A stretch of 11,487 nucleotides of DNA from Ostreococcus tauri. Its lineage: Eukaryota. Shown one piece after another: positions 6,753-11,487 of the stretch. Position numbers and translations under genes: made by a program. The stretch lies in the NCBI GenBank assembly GCA_000214015.2, contig CAID01000015.2, positions 370,371 to 381,857 on the forward strand, read 5' to 3'. Within the stretch, counting starts at the first letter, position 1. The number at the start of each line of letters is the position of its first letter. The notes under the pieces were generated by a model. It worked only from the letters and a program-made list of their open reading frames with translations, was not told where the DNA came from and did not search any database.

Positions 6753-7928
6753 CTATACCGCGTTTGAGGCGTCACGAAGGGGCTCGCGAGGCGACTCTGT
6801 CGCCTTCTCACTTGTCGCAGAGCTCTCCTCGGGTGAGAACATCGGTGGCGGCGTTCCAAGCGGGGACGCTCCGATGGGTGATGCGGATAAACCTGAATCC
6901 AAGCGTTCGAGCCTCAATGTCGCCATTGATGCCGTCGCAACGGCAACAGGCGATGGAGAGGGAAGTTCGGTGGGCGGCGGCGTAGGCGTCGCCGACAGCG
7001 CCTCCGTCTTCGTGTCTTCGGCGAAGCACTCTGCAATGATCGCCTCGACGTCAGCTTTCCCATCCGTGTGGTACAAAATACGCTCGATAACTATTTTGAG
7101 CGCATTACTTTCAAACTCGGGACGTTGGCACACGAACTCTACGTCCTGAAGCTTCTCAAAGTAAAACTCTCTCTCTTGTTCGGCGCGTTCGACTTGCAAC
7201 TTCAGTGCCGCGTTGGCCTCGGTGAGCTCGCGCGTTCTCGCCGACGAGCTCGCGTTCGCGCCGTCAACTGCACGAGAGTGATGACGAACGTGCTCCACTC
7301 CTCGCTCGCTCGTCGTACTTGCCGTCGTCGTCTCGCGCGCGTGGTGATCTCGTCTCACCGCCGGTCGTCGCTCCCGCGGCGCCGCCGTCGCCTGCGGCCG
7401 TCTCGCGAACGAAGCCCCACCTCTCGCCCCCGCTCGGCGTTCCTCCGCGTCGTACGATCCACACTCCTCCCTGCACCCACCACCCGTGGCGGTGTCGTAG
7501 TAACACTTCATCCACTGTAAAAACTCCAGGTTATCCAGCGGTCTCGCCTTGACCAACTTTTGCACCTCGATATTCTTCGCGATGTTCAACTTTTCAAACA
7601 CCGCCTGTAAAATCTTATAGTTCGCCACGAACTCATGCTCAGACCTCGCCTCAAAGTTCACCCGCCGCATCGGCACCACGTTCGACGTCCGGTGCGCCGC
7701 ATCGAGGATCTGGCAGTAGATGGCGCCGCTCGCGCACTGCTCCACCTTGCTGATGTTCACATCCAGCAGCGCATTCACCCACGCCACGAGTTCGCTCCGT
7801 CCAACGAAGAACGCCGGGGCCATCATGCCCGTCGTGGACGCCATATCGCTCGACGCGAACGCGCTCGCGCGCGCTCGAGCGCTCGACCGCGCGGCGCCGA
7901 GGGACGACGAATGCGTCGACGGCGCCAT
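6753..7928 (-). CDS. EB1: Microtubule plus-end binding protein EB1 (calponin-homology domain plus EB1 C-terminal coiled-coil domain).
   Basis: The CH domain reads FFVGRSELVAWVNALLDVNISKVEQCASGAIYCQILDAAH...VPMRRVNFEARSEHEFVANYKILQAVFEKLNIAKNIEVQKLVKARPLDNLEFLQWMKCYYD. The EB1 C-terminal motif is EREFYFEKLQDVEFVCQ. The ORF's first ATG is at 7928. By comparison with other EB1 N-termini (M..GMM..AYFVGR), the ATG at 7844 (MASTTGMMAPAFFVGR) may be the true start. Confidence 0.9.
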   Translation of the reverse strand: MAPSTHSSSLGAARSSARARASAFASSDMASTTGMMAPAFFVGRSELVAWVNALLDVNISKVEQCASGAIYCQILDAAHRTSNVVPMRRVNFEARSEHEFVANYKILQAVFEKLNIAKNIEVQKLVKARPLDNLEFLQWMKCYYDTATGGGCREECGSYDAEERRAGARGGASFARRPQATAAPRERRPAVRRDHHARETTTASTTSERGVEHVRHHSRAVDGANASSSARTRELTEANAALKLQVERAEQEREFYFEKLQDVEFVCQRPEFESNALKIVIERILYHTDGKADVEAIIAECFAEDTKTEALSATPTPPPTELPSPSPVAVATASMATLRLERLDSGLSASPIGASPLGTPPPMFSPEESSATSEKATESPREPLRDASNAV

Positions 7929-8091
7929 TCGACGGTTCGTTTCGTTCCCCTTTTATACCCGCACGCACTCGGACACACGGCTCGTATACAATATAGTATA
8001 CACCGATATACACAAAAACGCGTCCATTCGACGGTTCATCTCGGGCCGCGGTGTATATATGCACACATTCGGACAAACGGCTCGTATACAC
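7925..8091. repeat. Tandem duplication with ~100-bp period in the EB1/SET divergent promoter.
   Basis: ccattcgacggttc occurs at 7925-7938 and 8024-8037 (14/14 identical). tcggacaNacggctcgtataca occurs at 7969-7990 and 8069-8090 (21/22 identical), preceded by gcacGcaC / gcacAcaT. The ~31 nt between the blocks has diverged. TATA-like tracts (gtatacaatatagtatac; tgtatatatgc; cacatatatag) are embedded in the region. Confidence 0.7.
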
Positions 8092-8156
8092 ACATATATA
8101 GACGTGTCTGCACGAAGAAATACCCGCGGACGCGCCCCACGGCGCGCCGCCGCCCC

Positions 8157-9464
8157 ATGGCGCGCCCGCGCGCGCTCGGCGGCGCCGCCGCGCCGCGAGC
8201 GATGGTGACGAAGACCCCCGATCGCGTCGGTGGACGCGCGATGACCGCGACGCGCGCGATCGGGCGTGGTGAGCTCGCGTTCGTCGATGTGGATTTTCTC
8301 GATTTCGTCCCAACGCGCGGACGCGGGTCCACGGCGCGCGCGTGCGCGCGTTGCGGACGCGACGACGACGAACGATCGATCGTGGAGACGTTGCGGGCGA
8401 TCTCGCGCGAGGGGCGATGCGGGGGGGATGTAGGGGGTGATTGGGTGACGTGCGCGCGATGCGGGCGCGGCGACCGGGACGGCGACCGGTTCGGGACGCG
8501 TCGCGTGGTGACGGGAGACGCGAATGCGCGAGAGGACGAGCGAGCGATCGAAGAATTGGCGAAACGGATGATGCTGCGAGATCTCGCGCGAGGGAAAGGG
8601 GTGTTGGGAGGTGCGGGAGGCGAGGCGCGCGGCGACGTCGAGGCGCTTTGGAGACGCGTCGAGGCGTTCGGGACAAAGCACCACGACGCGCGGTTGCTCG
8701 ACGACGGGTTCAGAGGACGAGCGAGTGAGAACGCGAAGGATGTACGCGAACGGTTCGAGCGCGAGTTCGGTGCGAAGTTGACGGATGCATGTGACGTGAG
8801 CGAGGACGCGTTTTTGGAGGCGCTGTCGAAAGTGGCGCTCAACGCGCTCGAGGTGAAGATCCCGAGCCGCCTCACGCGATTCTTCGCCGAGATGGACGAC
8901 GACGAACGGTACGCATCGCCGAGCGCGAGAAGAGAGATTGTGGATATCCTTCGCGAGATCGTGCGCGTGCGAGGTAAGGAGGTCGACGGGAGCGACGAAG
9001 ACGGGAGCGCCGACTCGGATGACGATTCACAGGAGGACGACGATTCGTCATCAGATGATGATTCAGAGGAGGAGGAGGAGGAGGAAGAGGATGATTCAGA
9101 AGAAGGTGACGAAGTTATGGAGTTCTCCATCGACGGCGTGTCGTTTACGAGCGAACTCTTTCCGCCCACGGAGGGCGTCGTTCTACTCGGCTCGGCGTCG
9201 AACATCAACCACTCGTGCGAGCCGTCGTGCGAGGTCGCCTTCATCCACGACGCCCGCGCGCACGTCATCGCCACGCGTGACATCACAAAGGGCGAAGAGA
9301 TCACGATTTCCTACGTCCCCGGTTCCTGGCCGCTACGTCGTCGAAGAAAAGAGCTCCTCGACCGGTACGGCTTTGCGTGCGACTGCGCCCTGTGCGAGCG
9401 TCAGCTCGCCCTCGCATCCCGCCGTCGCGTTCGCCAGAGAACGACTTCGCGTTGCGACACATAA
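8157..9464 (+). CDS. SET-domain protein lysine methyltransferase, split-SET (SMYD-like) architecture.
   Basis: The track ORF 7635..9464 runs antisense through EB1 and the promoter. Plausible starts are ATG 8157, 8202 or 8241. The SET N-lobe is GGRAMTATRAIGRGELAFVD. The SET C-lobe is LGSASNINHSCEPSCEVAFIHDARAHVIATRDITKGEEITISY, followed by the Cys cluster YGFACDCALCE. The lobes are separated by a ~280-aa insert holding two CARCGR motifs and a long acidic tract. Confidence 0.8.
   Translation: MARPRALGGAAAPRAMVTKTPDRVGGRAMTATRAIGRGELAFVDVDFLDFVPTRGRGSTARACARCGRDDDERSIVETLRAISREGRCGGDVGGDWVTCARCGRGDRDGDRFGTRRVVTGDANAREDERAIEELAKRMMLRDLARGKGVLGGAGGEARGDVEALWRRVEAFGTKHHDARLLDDGFRGRASENAKDVRERFEREFGAKLTDACDVSEDAFLEALSKVALNALEVKIPSRLTRFFAEMDDDERYASPSARREIVDILREIVRVRGKEVDGSDEDGSADSDDDSQEDDDSSSDDDSEEEEEEEEDDSEEGDEVMEFSIDGVSFTSELFPPTEGVVLLGSASNINHSCEPSCEVAFIHDARAHVIATRDITKGEEITISYVPGSWPLRRRRKELLDRYGFACDCALCERQLALASRRRVRQRTTSRCDT
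9066..9089 (+). repeat. Coding GAG trinucleotide run ((GAG)6 GAA GAG) within the SET-gene acidic tract.
   Basis: Read directly from the sequence. It encodes the E8 stretch inside DDDSEEEEEEEEDDSEE. Confidence 0.85.
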
Positions 9465-9566
9465 TTGTCACATCAGTAGCATTTTCGCGTGCACCCTCCG
9501 CGCGCCGACTCGCGTCGACTCTTTCTCTCGCTCGACGCCGTCCCGCACTCCACGCCTCTCCAAAGG

Positions 9567-10502
9567 ATGCGGCGCGTCTTCCTCCTCTTCCTTCTTCACC
9601 TCCTCGCCACCCTCGTCACGGCCGATCGCGTCCATCTTCCTCACGATTATCGAGACGAACGCCTGGACGACGACGACGACGCTTTGCAACGAGAGGAATC
9701 CATCGATTATTTCTCATCCAGAAGATTCCACGGCGTCGACGCCGCCGACGGCGGCTCGAGCGGGTGGATTGAAAAAATCAGCGATTCGCCTCGAGCGTAC
9801 GTCTTTCGCGAGTTTCTCACCGACGCGGAGTGCGATCGGGTGATCGAACGGGCGTATCCCACGATGGAGGCGTCGGAGGTGACGGATGACGACTCGGGCG
9901 AGGCGCGCCCGGACGACGCGCGGAGCTCCATCGGCGGATGGGTCTCGGGCGATGACGATGAGGTGATACGGAACATAGAACTGAGAGCGTCGACGTGGGC
10001 GATGTTACCGATGAATCGTGGAGAGACGATGCAAGTGTTGAGGTACGAGAAGGGACAGAAATACGACGCGCACGACGATTTCTTCCACGACGAGCACAAC
10101 GTGAAGAATGGCGGACAGCGTGTGGCGACGATTTTGATGTACCTCAGCGACGTCGAAGAGGGTGGAGAGACGGTTTTTCCGTTGGGGACGCCTCTGGGAG
10201 GGAGAGATCCGGAGAAGAGCGGGGTGACGGGGGATAACGCGTGCGAGCTCGCGAGTCAAAACGACCCGCGGGTGTTGGCGGTGAAACCGCGGCGCGGGGA
10301 CGCGCTTCTCTTCTTCAACGCGCATTTGAGCGGTGAAATGGATGAAAAGGCGAATCACGCCGGTTGTCCGGTCAATCGTGGGACGAAGTGGACGATGACG
10401 CGCTGGCATCGAGTTGGAGCGATCGGTGTCGGAACGTTCGCGTCGGATCCGAAAGCAACCAGCGACTCTGAACAGCCACATGCGCCCGCGGGAGAGCCTT
10501 AG
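9567..10502 (+). CDS. P4H: Prolyl 4-hydroxylase alpha-like 2-oxoglutarate/Fe(II) dioxygenase with an N-terminal signal anchor.
   Basis: The track start at 9489 is a GTG. The first ATG is 9567 (MRRVFLLFLLHLLATLVTA, hydrophobic). Plant-type P4H motifs are present: WIEKISDSPRAYVFREFLTDAECDRVI, QVLRYEKGQKYDAHDDFF (His-x-Asp), QRVATILMYLSDVEEGGETVFP, GDALLFFN, the distal His in ANHAGCPV, and KWTMTRW (the 2OG-binding Lys context). Confidence 0.85.
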   Translation: MRRVFLLFLLHLLATLVTADRVHLPHDYRDERLDDDDDALQREESIDYFSSRRFHGVDAADGGSSGWIEKISDSPRAYVFREFLTDAECDRVIERAYPTMEASEVTDDDSGEARPDDARSSIGGWVSGDDDEVIRNIELRASTWAMLPMNRGETMQVLRYEKGQKYDAHDDFFHDEHNVKNGGQRVATILMYLSDVEEGGETVFPLGTPLGGRDPEKSGVTGDNACELASQNDPRVLAVKPRRGDALLFFNAHLSGEMDEKANHAGCPVNRGTKWTMTRWHRVGAIGVGTFASDPKATSDSEQPHAPAGEP

Positions 10503-10585
10503 AACGCGTTTAGACAATCACACAATGCTATCGTTACTACAATTCTTCTAGATGTGTCGATCAATCAGTTCACGAGTCCTCGATA

Positions 10586-11487
10586 TCATCGCAGCGGCTT
10601 CTCAAACTCGGAGAGCATCTTGAAGCCTTTCTGAGCTTCAGCGATGGCCATCTCTTCCATCACTGCGGCGCGTTCTTGACGCCGCGCCAGCGCGACGCGA
10701 GCGTCGGTGATACGCGCGAGTAGTTCGCGATGTACTTCTTCCAGGGCGTCGAGCTGACCAAAACTCAATTGCTCGATGTCGACGCCGAGAACGTGACCGC
10801 AGTTCACGCCAGACGCGCACGCCTCCAAATGAATCGCGTCCATTCTCTCCGTCGCTCGAACGACCCAGTCAAGAGCGGACCAGTCCGGCTCGACTTCAGC
10901 TGTGAAGATTTCGCGATCCCAATGAGGGATCAATCGCTCAGGTTTCGCGAACTCAGTCATCCGCGGTTGGGCCCGGACTCGCACCGGAGGGACGCCTTCA
11001 GACGAGTGCACCGCTTGCGGTACTTGCGACCAAGCGGAAGCCAAGCGCGACTGCACAGGTAGTTGCATCGATGCCTCATCTAAATCACTCTCGGAGGCGT
11101 CAACTCGCGCTTGCTCCGAAAACTGCGGCATGATCATGTCGCTATGATCCATGGGCTTCTTTGGCACCACTTCGGAAGCCCACTCGGGCTCATCGTCATC
11201 TGCATCGGGCAACGCCGTAGTGTTGACCGAAGAATGCTCGTCTCGTGCTCCCTCGCTATGACCGCCGCGTTCGCGTTGTAAGTTTGCAATAGCTGAAAGC
11301 AGCTGAAAGCCGCATCCGCGTGAAAGATCGATCTGGATCTTGCGATCCTCGATATCATAGATGTTCGAGTCAAGAGTCTCCGAGGACACGGACGCCGATC
11401 TTTCCTTGAGCACCGACGGGGGACTTTCTTCTATGTTTCGCCAATTCACCGAGGACTGTTCATTCTCCGCTCTCTCCTTCGCGAGCC
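10586..11487 (-). CDS. Hypothetical protein, 5'-truncated by the window edge.
   Basis: The track start at 11449 is a GTG. The same frame stays open to the window end (...LAKERAENEQSSVNWRNIEE...), so the true start lies outside the window. The product has an acidic/Ser-rich middle and a heptad-rich C-terminus (GHVLGVDIEQLSFGQLDALEEVHRELLARITDARVALARRQE). No domain was recognised. G+C is visibly lower than in the left half of the window. Confidence 0.6.
   Translation of the reverse strand, partial: LAKERAENEQSSVNWRNIEESPPSVLKERSASVSSETLDSNIYDIEDRKIQIDLSRGCGFQLLSAIANLQRERGGHSEGARDEHSSVNTTALPDADDDEPEWASEVVPKKPMDHSDMIMPQFSEQARVDASESDLDEASMQLPVQSRLASAWSQVPQAVHSSEGVPPVRVRAQPRMTEFAKPERLIPHWDREIFTAEVEPDWSALDWVVRATERMDAIHLEACASGVNCGHVLGVDIEQLSFGQLDALEEVHRELLARITDARVALARRQERAAVMEEMAIAEAQKGFKMLSEFEKPLR

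Noticed and set aside
7635-8156. N-terminal 174 codons of track ORF 7635-9464 (the SET gene), and likewise 4671-4982 of the RPAP2 ORF and 9489-9566 of the P4H ORF.
   Set aside because: The 7635 extension runs antisense through the EB1 coding sequence and the AT-rich promoter. The 4671 extension starts at a GTG inside the CBS gene. The 9489 extension starts at a GTG only 25 nt after the SET stop. Eukaryotic initiation needs ATG, and downstream ATGs give sensible N-termini.
8972-8978. AG|GTAAGG, a generic eukaryotic donor-like site inside the SET gene.
   Set aside because: The reading frame continues uninterrupted through a coherent acidic tract into the SET C-lobe. The site does not match the GTGCGT/GTACGC donors used elsewhere in the window.
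1-11487. Mobile elements, integrases, or a novel multi-gene system such as a defence or biosynthetic cluster.
   Set aside because: I found no transposase, reverse-transcriptase or integrase motifs, and no terminal or long inverted repeats. Neighbouring genes are functionally unrelated housekeeping genes on alternating strands. Calling a system here would be unsupported.

Overview
This window is compact, GC-rich eukaryotic nuclear DNA, not a prokaryotic locus. The ORF track allows GTG starts and cannot see introns, so several of its ORF boundaries mislead. I support about 10 protein-coding genes plus one intron-containing tRNA-Tyr in 11.5 kb. From left to right they are: a small 3-exon membrane-protein gene (-, missed by the ORF track), an ankyrin-repeat protein (+), a small coiled-coil protein (-, probably 2 exons), plastid-type ribosomal protein uL6 (+, 2 exons), tRNA-Tyr(GUA) with a 54-nt intron (-), a CBS-domain protein (+, 2 exons), an RPAP2/Rtr1-type zinc-finger protein (+), the microtubule plus-end protein EB1 (-), a split SET-domain (SMYD-like) methyltransferase (+), a prolyl 4-hydroxylase (+), and a 5'-truncated orphan gene (-). 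Genes sit head-to-head across roughly 160-230 bp promoters and tail-to-tail with only 37-83 bp between stop codons. This layout, the composition, a plastid-targeted uL6 and a plant-type P4H suggest a picoeukaryotic green alga (Mamiellophyceae such as Ostreococcus or Micromonas). That assignment is inference only. I see no CRISPR array, mobile element, operon or defence-like system, and the gene content is housekeeping. The points worth a second look are structural: hidden spliced genes, a rigid GTGCGT/CTGAY/CAG intron grammar, a 14-bp minisatellite inside an intron, a long tRNA-Tyr intron, an orphan tRNA 3'-half-like fragment, and a ~100-bp duplicated module in the EB1/SET divergent promoter.
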